The notes below the pieces were generated by a model. The model searched no databases. It was not told where the DNA came from and saw nothing but the letters and a program-made list of their open reading frames with translations. Shown in pieces: positions 27,097 to 43,500 of a stretch of 64,000 nt of DNA. The DNA is from the human T2T-CHM13v2.0 reference genome, Homo sapiens, in assembly GCF_009914755.1 (NCBI RefSeq), contig NC_060940.1, one strand, 5' to 3'. Both the position numbers and the translations under genes were made by a program. The first letter of the stretch is position 1, and the number at the start of each line of letters is the position of its first letter.

Positions 27097-30000
27097 TCAA
27101 GTGCATTCGATGATATCATTCGATTCCATTTGATGATAATTCCATTTGATTCCATGCGATGATTCTATTCGATTCCATTCAATGATAATTCCATTCAATT
27201 CAGTGATTCCTCTGGACTCCATTTGATGATGATTCCATTCAATGATTCCATTCGATTCTATTCGAAAATGATTCCATTTGAATCCATTTGATGATGATTC
27301 CATTAGATTCCATTTGATGATTCCATTCGATTCCATGCGACGATGATTCCATTCGATTCCGTTTGATGATTCCATTCTATTCTATTCGATGATGATTCCA
27401 TTCGATTCCATTCGATGATGATTGGATTCGATTCCATTTGATGATTTCATTTGATTCCATTCGTTAATGATTTCGATCAATTCCATTCGATGATTCCATT
27501 CGATTCCATTCGATAATGATTACATCCGAGTCCATTCGATGATTCCCTTTGAGCCTGTTCGATAATTCCATTTGAGTCCAACCAATGATTCCATTCATTT
27601 CCATTCAATGATTCCATTCGAGTCCATTTGATCATTCCGGTAGGGTCCATTCGATGTTGATTCCATTGGAGTGCATTCGATGATTCCATTCGAGTCCATT
27701 TTAGGATTTGATTCGAGTCCTTTCGATGATTCCATTCGATTCCACTCGATGATGATTTCATTCGAGTCCATTCGACACTTCCAATCGATTCCATTTGATG
27801 ATTCCATTCGAGTCCAATTGATGATTCCATTCAATTCCATTCGAAGATGATTCCGTACGATTCCATTCTGTGATGATTCCTTGTGATTGCATTCAATGAT
27901 GATTCCTTTCGATTGCATTCGATTATGATTCATTTCGTGTTCATTCTATGGTTCCACAGGTTTCCATTCGTGTCCATTCCATTATTCCATTCTATTCCAT
28001 TTGATGATGATTCCATTCGATTCCATTCATTGGTGATTCCACTCAATTCCATTCAATGATTCCATTCCATTTCTTTCAACAATGATTCCATTAGTTTCTA
28101 ATCGATGATCCACTTGATTCCATTTAACGACGATTCCATTCTTGTCCATTCGATGATTCCATTTGATTCCATATGATGATGATTCCATTCGATTCCATAC
28201 CATGATGATTCCATTCGAGTCCATTCAATGGTGATTCCATTCAATTCCATTCGATGATTCCTTTTGATTCCATTCGATGATGATGGCATTCGATTCCTTT
28301 CAATCATTCCCTTTGATTCCATTCAAAGGTGATTTCATTCAAGTCCATTCGATAATTGCATTCGATTCCATTCTATGATGATTCCATTCGAGTCCATTTG
28401 ATGATTCCATTCAATTCAAGTCAATGATGATTCCATTCGATTCCATTCGATGATTCCATTGGATTCCATTCGATGATGATTCCATTCAAATCCATTCGAT
28501 AATTCAATTCAAGTCCATTCGATGATGATTCCAATCGAATCCATTCAAAGATTCCATTCAGTTCCATTCGATGATTCCCTTAGATTCCATTCGATGATTC
28601 CACTTGATTGCATTTACGATGATTCCATTCGATTCCATGTGATGATTCCATTCAATTCTATTCAATGATGTCTCCATTTGATTCCATTCGACCATGATTG
28701 CCTTTGATTCCATTCAATGATTCCATTCGGTTCCGTTTGATGATGATTCCGTTCGATTCCATTTGATGATTCCATTTGATTCCATTGGATGAGTCCATTC
28801 GATTACATTCGATGATTATTCCATTCGAGTGCATTAGATGATTCCATTCGAGTCCATTCGATGATTCCATTCGATTCCATTCGATGTTGATTCTGTTCAA
28901 ATCCATTCGATGATTCCACTCGATTCCATTCGTTGACTCCATTTGATCCCATTCGATGATTTCCTTTGATTCCCTTTGATGATCATTCCATTTGATTCAA
29001 TTCGGTGATTTCATTTGATTCCATTCAGTGATGTTTCCATTCGACTCCATTCGATGATGATTCCATTCGACTCCATTCGATTATGATTTCATTCAATTCC
29101 ATTCGATAATGATTCCCTTCGAGTCCATTCGATGATTCCATTCGATTCCATTCAACGATGATTTGATTCGTGTCCATTCGATGATTCCATTTGATTCCAC
29201 TTGATGATGATTCCATTCGAGTCCATTTGATGATTCCATTCAATTCCATACTCCGATGATTTCTTTTGAGCCCACTCAATGCTTCCACTCGATTCCATAT
29301 GATGATGACTCCATTCGATGAAATTCGATGATGATTCCATTCGCTTGCTTTCGATGATGATTCCACTTGAGTCCGTTAGAAGATTCTATTCAATTACATT
29401 CCATGACGATTCCGTTCGAGTCCATTTGATGATTCCATTAGACTCCATTCGACGATGATTCCATTCGATGTTATTCGATGATTCCATTCGATCTCATTCG
29501 ATGATGATTCCATTCAACTCCATTCGATGTTTCCATTCGAGTTCATTCTATTATTCCATTAGATTCAATTCGATGATGATTCCATTCGATTCCATTTGAT
29601 GATTGCATTCTATTTCATTTGATGATGATTCCATTCGAGTCCACTCGATGATTCCATTCGAGTCCATTTAATGAATCCATTGGTTTCAATTCTATGATGA
29701 TTACATTGGATTCCATTCGTTGATGATTTCATTCGGTTCCATTCAATGATGATTCCATTCAATTCCTTTCAATGTTTCCATTCAATTCCATACGATGATG
29801 ATTCCATTTGATTTGATTCAACAGTGAGCCATTCGATTCAATTCCATGATGATCCTATTTGATTCAATTGGTGGACATTTCCATTCGATTCCATTCGATG
29901 ATGATTCCCTTTGATTCCATTCAAAGATGATTCCATTCTAGCCCATTCAATCATTCCATTCGATTCTATTCAATGATGATTCCATTCATGTCGATTTGGT

Positions 30001-31397
30001 GATTCCATTTGACTTCATTTGATGATGATTCCTTTCAAGTTCATTAGATGATTCCATTCGATTCCATTTGATGATGATCCCATTCGAGTCCATTCAGTGA
30101 TTCCACTCGTTTCCATTCCATGATGATTCCATTCCATTCCATTCAATGATTCCATTCGATTCCGTTGGATGATGATTCCATTCGAGTCCATTCGATGATT
30201 CTATTCGAATCCATTTGATGATTTCTTTTGATTATAGTTGGTGATGATTCCATTGGAGTCCATTCAATGATTCCATTCGATTCCAATCGATGGTGATTCC
30301 ATTAGAGTCCATTTAATGATTCCATTTGATTCCAGTCTCTGATGATTACATTCGAGTCCATACGATGATTCCACTCAATTCCATATGATGATGATTCCAT
30401 TCTATTCCATTCGATGATTCCATTCTATTCTATTCGATAATGATTCCATTCCAGTCCATTCGATGATTCCATTCGAGTCCATTTAATGATTCCATTGGGT
30501 TCAATTCAATGATGATTACATTGGATTCCGTTCTATGATTCCATTCAATTCCGTTCATTGACAATTTGATTCCATTCGATGATGATTCCATTTGAGTTCA
30601 TTCGATGATTCTATTCGATTCTCTTCGATGGTGATTCAATTCTATTATATTGGATGATTCCATTCGATTCCATTTGATGTTGATTCAATTCGATTCTATT
30701 CGATGATGATTCCATTGGATTTCACTTGATGATTCTATTCGATTCCATTCAATGATGATTCACTTCTCGTCCATTGGATGATTCCATTTCATTCCATTCG
30801 ATGATGATTCCATTCGATTCCATTCGATGATTCCATTTGATTCCATGCGACGGTGAGCAATTCGATTCAATTCCATGATGATTCTATTTGATTCAATTAG
30901 ATGATGTTTCCATTCGAATCCATTCCATGATTATTCCATTGGAATCCATTCGGCGATGATTCCATATGAGTCAATTCAATGATGATTCCATATGGGTCCG
31001 TTCGATGATAATTCCACTTGATTTCATTCGATGCTTCTATTCTATTCCAGTCGATGATGATTCCGTTGGAGTCCATACGATGATTCCATTTGATTTCATT
31101 TGATGATGATTCCATTCGATGATGATTACATTGGATTCCATTCTATGATTCCATTCAATTCCATTCGTTGATGATTCGATTCCATTCAATGATGATTCCT
31201 TTTGAGTTCATTCGATGATTCTATTCGATTCCGTTCGATGGTGATTCAATTCTATTATATTGGATGATTCCACTCGATTCCATTTGATGATTATTCCATT
31301 GGAGTCCACTTAGTGAATCCTTTAGATTCTACTCGACGATGATTCCATTCGAGTCCATTCGATGATACCATTCAATTCCATTCGTTGATGCTTCCAT
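27097..31397 (+). repeat. Deleted higher-order unit, 4301 bp
   Basis: 6112 - 49 (~30175) - 1762 (~30432) = 4301. Confidence 0.88.
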
Positions 31398-34300
31398 TCA
31401 AGTGCATTCGATGATATCATTCGATTCCATTTGATGATAATTCCATTTGATTCCATGCGATGATTCTATTCGATTCCATTCAATGATAATTCCATTCAAT
31501 TCAGTGATTCCTCTGGACTCCATTTGATGATGATTCCATTCAATGATTCCATTCGATTCTATTCGAAAATGATTCCATTTGAATCCATTTGATGATGATT
31601 CCATTAGATTCCATTTGATGATTCCATTCGATTCCATTCGACGATGATTCCATTCGATTCCGTTTGATGATTCCATTCTATTCTATTCGATGATGATTCC
31701 ATTCGATTCCATTCGATGATGATTGGATTCGATTCCATTTGATGATTTCATTTGATTCCATTCGTTAATGATTTCGATCAATTCCATTCGATGATTCCAT
31801 TCGATTCCATTCGATAATGATTACATCCGAGTCCATTCGATGATTCCCTTTGAGCCTGTTCGATAATTCCATTTGAGTCCAACCAATGATTCCATTCATT
31901 TCCATTCAATGATTCCATTCGAGTCCATTTGATCATTCCGGTAGGGTCCATTCGATGTTGATTCCATTGGAGTGCATTCGATGATTCCATTCGAGTCCAT
32001 TTTAGGATTTGATTCGAGTCCTTTCGATGATTCCATTCGATTCCACTCGATGATGATTTCATTCGAGTCCATTCGACACTTCCAATCGATTCCATTTGAT
32101 GATTCCATTCGAGTCCAATTGATGATTCCATTCAATTCCATTCGATGATGATTCCGTACGATTCCATTCTGTGATGATTCCATGTGATTGCATTCAATGA
32201 TGATTCCTTTCGATTGCATTCGATTATGATTCATTTCGTGTTCATTCTATGGTTCCACAGGTTTCCATTCGTGTCCATTCCATTATTCCATTCTATTCCA
32301 TTTGATGATGATTCCATTCGATTCCATTCATTGGTGATTCCACTCAATTCCATTCAATGATTCCATTCCATTTCTTTCAACAATGATTCCATTACTTTCT
32401 AATCGATGATCCACTTGATTCCATTTGACGACGATTCCATTCTTGTCGATTCGATGATTCCATTTGATTCCATATGATGATGATTCCATTCGATTCCATA
32501 CCATGATGATTCCATTCGAGTCCATTCAATGGTGATTCCATTCAATTCCATTCGATGATTCCTTTCGATTCCGTTCGATGATGATGGCATTCGATTCCTT
32601 TCAATCATTCCCTTTGATTCCATTCCAAGGTGATTTCATTCAAGTCCATTCGATAATTGCATTCGATTCCATTCTATGATGATTCCATTCGAGTCCATTT
32701 GATGATTCCATTCAATTCAAGTCAATGATGATTCCATTCGATTCCATTCGATGATTCCATTGGATTCCATTCGATGATGATTCCATTCAAATCCATTCGA
32801 TAATTCAATTCAAGTCCATTCGATGATGATTCCAATCGAATCCATTCAAAGATTCCATTCAGTTCCATTCGATGATTCCCTTAGATTCCATTCGATGATT
32901 CCACTTGATTGCATTTACGATGATTCCATTCGATTCCATGTGATGATTCCATTCAATTCTATTCAATGATGTCTCCATTTGATTCCATTCGACCATGATT
33001 GCCTTTGATTCCATTCAATGATTCCATTCGGTTCCGTTTGATGATGATTCCGTTCGATTCCATTTGATGATTCCATTTGATTCCATTGGATGAGTCCATT
33101 CGATTACATTCGATGATTATTCCATTCGAGTGCATTAGATGATTCCATTCGAGTCCATTCGATGATTCCATTCGATTCCATTCGATGTTGATTCTGTTCA
33201 AATCCATTCGATGATTCCACTCGATTCCATTCGTTGACTCCATTTGATCCCATTCGATGATTTCCTTTGATTCCCTTTGATGATCATTCCATTTGATTCA
33301 ATTCGGTGATTTCATTTGATTCCATTCAGTGATGTTTCCATTCGACTCCATTCGATGATGATTCCATTCGACTCCATTCGATTATGATTTCATTCAATTC
33401 CATTCGATAATGATTCCCTTCGAGTCCATTCGATGATTCCATTCGATTCCATTCAACAATGATTTGATTCGTGTCCATTCGATGATTCCATTTGATTCCA
33501 CATGATGATGATTCCATTCGAGTCCATTTGATGATTCCATTCAATTCCATACTCCGATGATTTCTTTTGAGCCCACTCAATGCTTCCACTCGATTCCATA
33601 TGATGATGACTCCATTCGATGAAATTCGATGATGATTCCATTCGCTTGCTTTCGATGATGATTCCACTTGAGTCCGTTAGAAGATTCTATTCAATTACAT
33701 TCCATGACGATTCCGTTCGAGTCCATTTGATGATTCCATTAGACTCCATTCGACGATGATTCCATTCGATGTTATTCGATGATTCCATTCGATCTCATTC
33801 GATGATGATTCCATTCAACTCCATTCGATGTTTCCATTCGAGTTCATTCTATTATTCCATTAGATTCCATTCGATGATGATTCCATTCGATTCCATTTGA
33901 TGATTGCATTCTATTTCATTTGATGATGATTCCATTCGAGTCCACTCGATGATTCCATTCGAGTCCATTTAATGAATCCATTGGTTTCAATTCTATGATG
34001 ATTACATTGGATTCCATTCGTTGATGATTTCATTCGGTTCCATTCAAGGATGATTCCATTCAATTCCTTTCAATGTTTCCATTCAATTCCATACGATGAT
34101 GATTCCATTTGATTTGATTCGACAGTGAGCCATTCGATTCAATTCCATGATGATTCTATTTGATTCAATTGGTTGACATTTCCATTCGATTCCATTCGAT
34201 GATGATTCCCTTTGATTCCGTTCAAAGATGATTCCATTCTAGCCCATTCAATCATTCCATTCGATTCTATTCAATGATGATTCCATTCATGTCGATTTGG

Positions 34301-37300
34301 TGATTCCATTTGACTTCATTTGATGATGATTCCTTTCAAGTTCATTAGATGATTCCATTCGATTCCATTTGATGATGATCCCATTCGAGTCCATTCAGTG
34401 ATTCCATTCGTTTCCATTCCATGATGATTCCATTCCTTTCCATTCAATGATTCCATTCGATTCCGTTTGATGATGATTTCATTCGAGTCCATTTGATGAT
34501 TCCATTTGATTCCATTCGATGATGATTCCATTCGAGTCCATTCGATGATTCTATTCGAATCCATTTGATGATTTCTTTTGATTATAGTTGGTGATGATTC
34601 CATTGGAGTCCATTCAATGATTCCATTCGATTCCAATCGATGATGATTCCATTAGAGTCCATTTAATGATTCCATTTGATTCCAGTCTCTGATGATTACA
34701 TTCGAGTCCATACGATGATTCCACTCAATTCCATATGATGATGATTCCATTTGATTCCATTCGGTGATTCCATTCTATTCTATTCAATGGTGATTCCATT
34801 CGAGTACATTAGATGATTCCATTCGATTCCATTCAATGATGATTCTATTTGTGTCCCTTAGATGATTCCACATGATTCCATTACATGATGATACTATTTG
34901 AGCCCATCCAATGATTCCCTTCGATTCCATTCGATGAGGATTCCATTCGATTCAGTTCATTGGTGATTCTATTCAATTCAATTCTTTGATTCCATTCCAT
35001 TCCATTCGACAATGATTCCATTCGATTTCTTTCGATGATTCCACTCGATTCCACTTGACATTGATTCCCTTCGATTCCATTCAATGATTCCATTTGATTC
35101 CAGTGGATGATGATTGCCATCGATTCCATTCGATCACTCCATTCTATTCCATTTGATGATGATTACATTCGATTCCATTTGACGATTCCATCTGATTCTA
35201 TTCGAGGATTCCATTTGATTCCATTCGATGATGATTCCATTCGAGTCCATTCGATGATTTCATTCGAGTACATCCAATGATTCCATTCGAGTCCATTAGA
35301 TGATTCCATTTGATTCCATTTGAAAATGATTCTACTAGAGTCCATTCAATGACTCCATTCGAGTCCATTCAACAATTCCATTCGACTCCATTCGATGATT
35401 CCATTCGATTCCATTTGATGGTTCCATTCGATTCCATTTAATCATTACAGTCGAGTCCATTTGGTGATTCCACTGGATTTCTTTTGATAATGATACCATT
35501 CAATTACATTTGATGATGATCCCATTCAATTTCATTTGATGATGATTCCATTAGAGTCCATTCGATGATTTCATTCGAGTCCCTTCATTGATTCCATCCG
35601 ATTTCATTGGATGATGACTCCATTCGAGTCCATTCGATGATTCCACTCGATTCCATTAGATGACTCCATTGGAGTCCATTTGATTGTTCCATTCGATTCC
35701 ATTCGATTCCTTTCGAAGATTATTCCATTTGAGTCCATTCGATGATGATTCCATTCCATTCCATTCGATGATTCCGTTTGATTCCATTCGATGATTCCCT
35801 TCGATTCCTTTCTTTGATGATTCCATTCCATTCCATTCAATGATTCCATTCGAATCTATTCCATGATGATTCCTTTCGATTCCATTCGCTGATGTTTCCG
35901 TTCAATTCCATTCGATGATGATTCCATTCGATTCCATTCATTGAGGATTCCATTTGATTCCATTCAATGATGATTCCATTCTATTCCATTCAATGATTGC
36001 ATTCAATTCCATTCAATGATTATCCCCTTAGAGTAAACTCAACGATTCCATTCAATACCATTCGATGATGATTCCTTTTGAGTCCATTCAATGATTTCAT
36101 TCAAGTCCATTTGATGATTCCTTTCAATTCCATTCTATGATGATTCCATTCGAGTCCATTCGATGATTCCATTCGATTGCATTCGATGATTCCATTATAT
36201 TCCATTCAACGGTGATTCCATTCGAGTCCATTCCATGATTCCATTAGAGTACATTTAATGATTGCTTTGTTTTCAATTCGAAGATGATTACATTGGATTC
36301 CATTCTATGATACCATTCAATTCCATTCAATGATGATTCCACTCAAATCCATTGGATGATTCCATTCGTGTCCATTCGGTGATTTCATTAGATTCCATTC
36401 GAGGATGATTCCATTCGATTCCATTCGATGATTCCATTCAATTCCATTCGATGATGATTCCATTCCAGTCCATATGATCATTCCATTTGATTTCATTCGA
36501 TGATGATTCCATTCGATTCCTTTCGACGATTCCATTCTATTCCATTCGATGATGATTCCATTCGAGTCCATTCGATGATTCCATTCGAGTCCATTTAATG
36601 ATTCCATTGGGTTCAATTCAATGATGATTACATTGGATTCCATTCTCTGATTCCATTCAATTCCGTTCAATGACAATTTGATTCCATTCGATGATGATTC
36701 CATTTGAGTTCATTCGATGATTCTATTCGATTCTCTTCGATGGTGATTCAATTCTATTATATTGGATGATTCCATTCGATTCCATTTGATGTTGATTCAA
36801 TTCGATTCTATTCGATGATGATTCCATTGGATTTCACTTGATGATTCTATTCGATTCCATTCAATGATGATTCACTTCTCGTCCATTGGATGATTCCATT
36901 TCATTCCATTCGATGATGATTCCATTCGATTCCATTCGATGATTCCATTTGATTCCATGCGACGGTGAGCAATTCGATTCAATTCCATGATGATTCTATT
37001 TGATTCAATTAGATGATGTTTCCATTCGAATCCATTCCATGATTATTCCATTGGAATCCATTCGGCGATGATTCCATATGAGTCAATTCAATGATGATTC
37101 CATATGGGTCCGTTCGATGATAATTCCATTTGATTTCATTCGATGCTTCTATTCTATTCCAGTCGATGATGATTCCGTTGGAGTCCATACGATGATTCCA
37201 TTTGATTTCATTTGATGATGATTCCATTCGATGATGATTACATTGGATTCCATTCTATGATTCCATTCAATTCCATTCGTTGATGATTCGATTCCATTCA

Positions 37301-37509
37301 ATGATGATTCCATTTGAGTTCATTCGATGATTCTACTCGATTCCGTTCGATGGTGATTCAATTCTATTATATTGGATGATTCCACTCGATTCCATTTGAT
37401 GATTATTGCATTGGAGTCCATTTAGTGAATCCTTTAGATTCTATTCGACGATGATTCCATTCGAGTCCATTCGATGATACCATTCAATTCCATTCGTTGA
37501 TGCTTCCAT
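31398..37509 (+). repeat. Standard 6112-bp higher-order unit
   Basis: Landmark spacing 31398->37510; internal ORF offsets match the unit at 49570. Confidence 0.92.
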
Positions 37510-40500
37510 TCAAGTGCATTCGATGATATCATTCGATTCCATTTGATGATAATTCCATTTGATTCCATGCGATGATTCTATTCGATTCCATTCAATGATA
37601 ATTCCATTCAATTCAGTGATTCCTCTGGACTCCATTTGATGATGATTCCATTCAATGATTCCATTCGATTCTATTCGAAAATGATTCCATTTGAATCCAT
37701 TTGATGATGATTCCATTAGATTCCATTTGATGATTCCATTCGATTCCATTCGACGATGATTCCATTCGATTCCGTTTGATGATTCCATTCTATTCTATTC
37801 GATGATGATTCCATTCGATTCCATTCGATGATGATTGGATTCGATTCCATTTGATGATTTCATTTGATTCCATTCGTTAATGATTTCGATCAATTCCATT
37901 CGATGATTCCATTCGATAATGATTACATCCGAGTCCATTCGATGATTCCCTTTGAGCCTGTTCGATAATTCCATTTGAGTCCAACCAATGATTCCATTCA
38001 TTTCCATTCAATGATTCCATTCGAGTCCATTTGATCATTCCGGTAGGGTCCATTCGATGTTGATTCCATTGGAGTGCATTCGATGATTCCATTCGAGTCC
38101 ATTTTAGGATTTGATTCGAGTCCTTTCGATGATTCCATTCGATTCCACTCGATGATGATTTCATTCGAGTCCATTCGACACTTCCAATCGATTCCATTTG
38201 ATGATTCCATTCGAGTCCAATTGATGATTCCATTCAATTCCATTCGATGATGATTCCGTACGATTCCATTCTGTGATGATTCCATGTGATTGCATTCAAT
38301 GATGATTCCTTTCGATTGCATTCGATTATGATTCATTTCGTGTTCATTCTATGGTTCCACAGGTTTCCATTCGTGTCCATTCCATTATTCCATTCTATTC
38401 CATTTGATGATGATTCCATTCGATTCCATTCATTGGTGATTCCACTCAATTCCATTCAATGATTCCATTCCATTTCTTTCAACAATGATTCCATTAGTTT
38501 CTAATCGATGATCCACTTGATTCCATTTGACGACGATTCCATTCTTGTCCATTTGATGATTCCATTTGATTCCATATGATGATGATTCCATTCGATTCCA
38601 TACCATGATGATTCCATTCGAGTCCATTCAATGGTGATTCCATTCAATTCCATTCGATGATTCCTTTCGATTCCATTCAATGATGATGGCATTCGATTCC
38701 TTTTAATCATTCCCTTTGATTCCATTCAAAGGTGATTTCATTCAAGTCCATTCGATAATTGCATTCGATTCCATTCTATGATGATTCCATTCGAGTCCAT
38801 TTGATGATTCCATTCAATTCAAGTCAATGATGATTCCATTCAATTCCATTCGATGATTCCATTGGATTCCATTCGATGATGATTCCATTCAAATCCATTC
38901 GATAATTCAATTCAAGTCCATTCGATGATGATTCCAATCGAATCCATTCAAAGATTCCATTCTGTTCCATTCGATGATTCCCTTAGATTCCATTCGATGA
39001 TTCCACTTGATTGCATTTACGATGATTCCATTCGATTCCATGTGATGATTCCATTCAATTCTATTCAATGATGTCTCCATTTGATTCCATTCGACCATGA
39101 TTGCCTTTGATTCCATTCAATGATTCCATTCGGTTCCGTTTGATGATGATTCCGTTCGATTCCATTTGATGATTCCATTTGATTCCATTGGATGAGTCCA
39201 TTCGATTACATTCGATGATTATTCCATTCGAGTGCATTAGATGATTCCATTCGAGTCCATTCGATGATTCCATTCGATTCCATTCGATGTTGATTCTGTT
39301 CAAATCCATTCGATGATTCCACTCGATTCCATTCGTTGACTCCATTTGATCCCATTCGATGATTTCCTTTGATTCCCTTTGATGATCATTCCATTTGATT
39401 CAATTCGGTGATTTCATTTGATTCCATTCAGTGATGTTTCCATTCGACTCCATTCGATGATGATTCCATTCGACTCCATTCGATTATGATTTCATTCAAT
39501 TCCATTCGATAATGATTCCCTTCGAGTCCATTCGGTGATTCCATTCGATTCCATTCAACTATGATTTGATTCGTGTCCATTCGATGATTCCATTTGATTC
39601 CACTTGATGATGATTCCATTCGAGTCCATTTGATGATTCCATTCAATTCCATACTCCGATGATTTCTTTTGAGCCCACTCAATGCTTCCACTCGATTCCA
39701 TATGATGATGACTCCATTCGATGAAATTCGATGATGATTCCATTCGCTTGCTTTCGATGATGATTCCACTTGAGTCCGTTAGAAGATTCTATTCAATTAC
39801 ATTCCATGACGATTCCGTTCGAGTCCATTTGATGATTCCATTAGACTCCATTCGACGATGATTCCATTCGATGTTATTCGATGATTCCATTCGATCTCAT
39901 TCGATGATGATTCCATTCAACTCCATTCGATGTTTCCATTCGAGTTCATTCTATTATTCCATTAGATTCCATTCGATGATGATTCCATTCGATTCCATTT
40001 GATGATTGCATTCTATTTCATTTGATGATGATTCCATTCGAGTCCACTCGATGATTCCATTCGAGTCCATTTAATGAATCCATTGGTTTCAATTCTATGA
40101 TGATTACATTGGATTCCATTCGTTGATGATTTCATTCGGTTCCATTCAATGATGATTCCATTCAATTCCTTTCAATGTTTCCATTCAATTCCATACGATG
40201 ATGATTCCATTTGATTTGATTCGACAGTGAGCCATTCGATTCAATTCCATGATGATTCTATTTGATTCAATTGGTTGACATTTCCATTCGATTCCATTCG
40301 ATGATGATTCCCTTTGATTCCGTTCAAAGATGATTCCATTCTAGCCCATTCAATCATTCCATTCGATTCTATTCAATGATGATTCCATTCATGTCGATTT
40401 GGTGATTCCATTTGACTTCATTTGATGATGATTCCTTTCAAGTTCATTAGATGATTCCATTCGATTCCATTTGATGATGATCCCATTCGAGTCCATTCAG

Positions 40501-43500
40501 TGATTCCATTCGTTTCCATTCCATGATGATTCCATTCCTTTCCATTCAATGATTCCATTCGATTCCGTTTGATGATGATTTCATTCGAGTCCATTTGATG
40601 ATTCCATTTGATTCCATTCGATGATGATTCCATTCGAGTCCATTCGATGATTCTATTCGAATCCATTTGATGATTTCTTTTGATTATATTTGGTGATGAT
40701 TCCATTGGAGTCCATTCAATGATTCCATTCTATTCCAATCGATGATGATTCCATTAGAGTCCATTTAATGATTCCATTTGATTCCAGTCTCTGATGATTA
40801 CATTCGAGTCCATACGATGATTCCACTCAATTCCATATGATGATGATTCCATTTGATTCCATTCGGTGATTCCATTCTATTCTATTCAATGGTGATTCCA
40901 TTCGAGTACATTAGATGATTCCATTCGATTCCATTCAATGATGATTCTATTTGTGTCCCTTAGATGATTCCACATGATTCCATTACATGATGATACTATT
41001 TGAGCCCATCCAATGATTCCCTTCGATTCCATTCGATGAGGATTCCATTCGATTCAATTCATTGGTGATTCTATTCAATTCAATTCTTTGATTCCATTCC
41101 ATTCCATTCGACAATGATTCCATTCGATTTCTTTCGATGATTCCACTCGATTCCACTTGACATTGATTCCATTCGATTCCATTCAATGATTCCATTTGAT
41201 TCCAGTGGATGATGATTGCCATCGATTCCATTCGATCACTCCATTCTATTCCATTTGATGATGATTACATTCGATTCCATTTGATGATTCCATCTGATTC
41301 TATTCGAGGATTCCATTTGATTCCATTCGATGATGATTCCATTCGAGTCCATTCGATGATTTCATTCGAGTACATCCAATGATTCCATTCGAGTCCATTA
41401 GATGATTCCATTTGATTCCATTTGAAAATGATTCTACTAGAGTCCATTCAATGACTCCATTCGAGTCCATTCAACAATTCCATTCGACTCCATTCGATGA
41501 TTCCATTCGATTCCATTTGATGGTTCCATTCGAGTCCATTTAATCATTACAGTCGAGTCCATTTGTTGATTCCACTGGATTTCTTTTGATAATGATACCA
41601 TTCAATTACATTTGATGATGATCCCATTCAATTTCATTTGATGATGATTCCATTAGAGTCCATTCGATGATTTCATTCGAGTCCCTTCATTGATTCCATC
41701 CGATTTCATTGGATGATGACTCCATTCGAGTCCATTCGATGATTCCACTCGATTCCATTAGATGACTCCATTGGAGTCCATTTGATTGTTCCATTCGATT
41801 CCATTCGATTCCTTTCGAAGATTATTCCATTTGAGTCCATTCGATGATGATTCCATTCCATTCCATTCGATGATTCCGTTTGATTCCATTCGATGATTCC
41901 CTTCGATTCCTTTCTTTGATGATTCCATTCCATTCCATTCAATGATTCCATTCGAATCTATTCCATGATGATTCCTTTCGATTCCATTCGCTGATGTTTC
42001 CGTTCAATTCCATTCGATGATGATTCCATTCGATTCCATTCATTGAGGATTCCATTTGATTCCATTCAATGATGATTCCATTCTATTCCATTCAATGATT
42101 GCATTCAATTCCATTCAATGATTATCCCATTAGAGTAAACTCAACGATTCCATTCAATACCATTCAATGATGATTCCTTTTGAGTCCATTCAATGATTTC
42201 ATTCAAGTCCATTTGATGATTCCTTTCAATTCCATTCTATGATGATTCCATTCGAGTCCATTCGATGATTCCATTAGAGTACATTTAATGATTGCTTTGT
42301 TTTCAATTCGAAGATGATTGCATTGGATTCCATTCTATGATACCATTCGATTCCATTCAATGATGATTCCACTCAAATCCATTGGATGATTCCATTCGTG
42401 TCCATTCGGTGATTTCATTAGATTCCATTCGAGGATGATTCCATTCGATTCCATTCGATGATTCCATTCAATTCCATTCGATGATGATTCCATTCCAGTC
42501 CATATGATCATTCCATTTGATTTCATTCGATGATGATTCCATTCGATTCCTTTCGACGATTCCATTCTATTCCATTCGATGATGATTCCATTCGAGTCCA
42601 TTCGATGATTCCATTCGAGTCCATTTAATGATTCCATTGGGTTCAATTCAATGATGATTACATTGGATTCCATTCTCTGATTCCATTCAATTCCGTTCAA
42701 TGACAATTTGATTCCATTCGATGATGATTCCATTTGAGTTCATTCGATGATTCTATTCGATTCTCTTCGATGGTGATTCAATTCTATTATATTGGATGAT
42801 TCCATTCGATTCCATTTGATGTTGATTCAATTCGATTCTATTCGATGATGATTCCATTGGATTTCACTTGATGATTCTATTCGATTCCATTCAATGATGA
42901 TTCACTTCTCGTCCATTGGATGATTCCATTTCATTCCATTCGATGATGATTCCATTCGATTCCATTCGATGATTCCATTTGATTCCATGCGACGGTGAGC
43001 AATTCGATTCAATTCCATGATGATTCTATTTGATTCAATTAGATGATGTTTCCATTCGAATCCATTCCATGATTATTCCATTGGAATCCATTCGGCGATG
43101 ATTCCATATGAGTCAATTCAATGATGATTCCATATGGGTCCGTTCGATGATAATTCCATTTGATTTCATTCGATGCTTCTATTCTATTCCAGTCGATGAT
43201 GATTCCGTTGGAGTCCATACGATGATTCCATTTGATTTCATTTGATGATGATTCCATTCGATGATGATTACATTGGATTCCATTCTATGATTCCATTCAA
43301 TTCCATTCGTTGATGATTCGATTCCATTCAATGATGATTCCATTTGAGTTCATTCGATGATTCTACTCGATTCCGTTCGATGGTGATTCAATTCTATTAT
43401 ATTGGATGATTCCACTCGATTCCATTTGATGATTATTGCATTGGAGTCCATTTAGTGAATCCTTTAGATTCTATTCGACGATGATTCCATTCGAGTCCAT

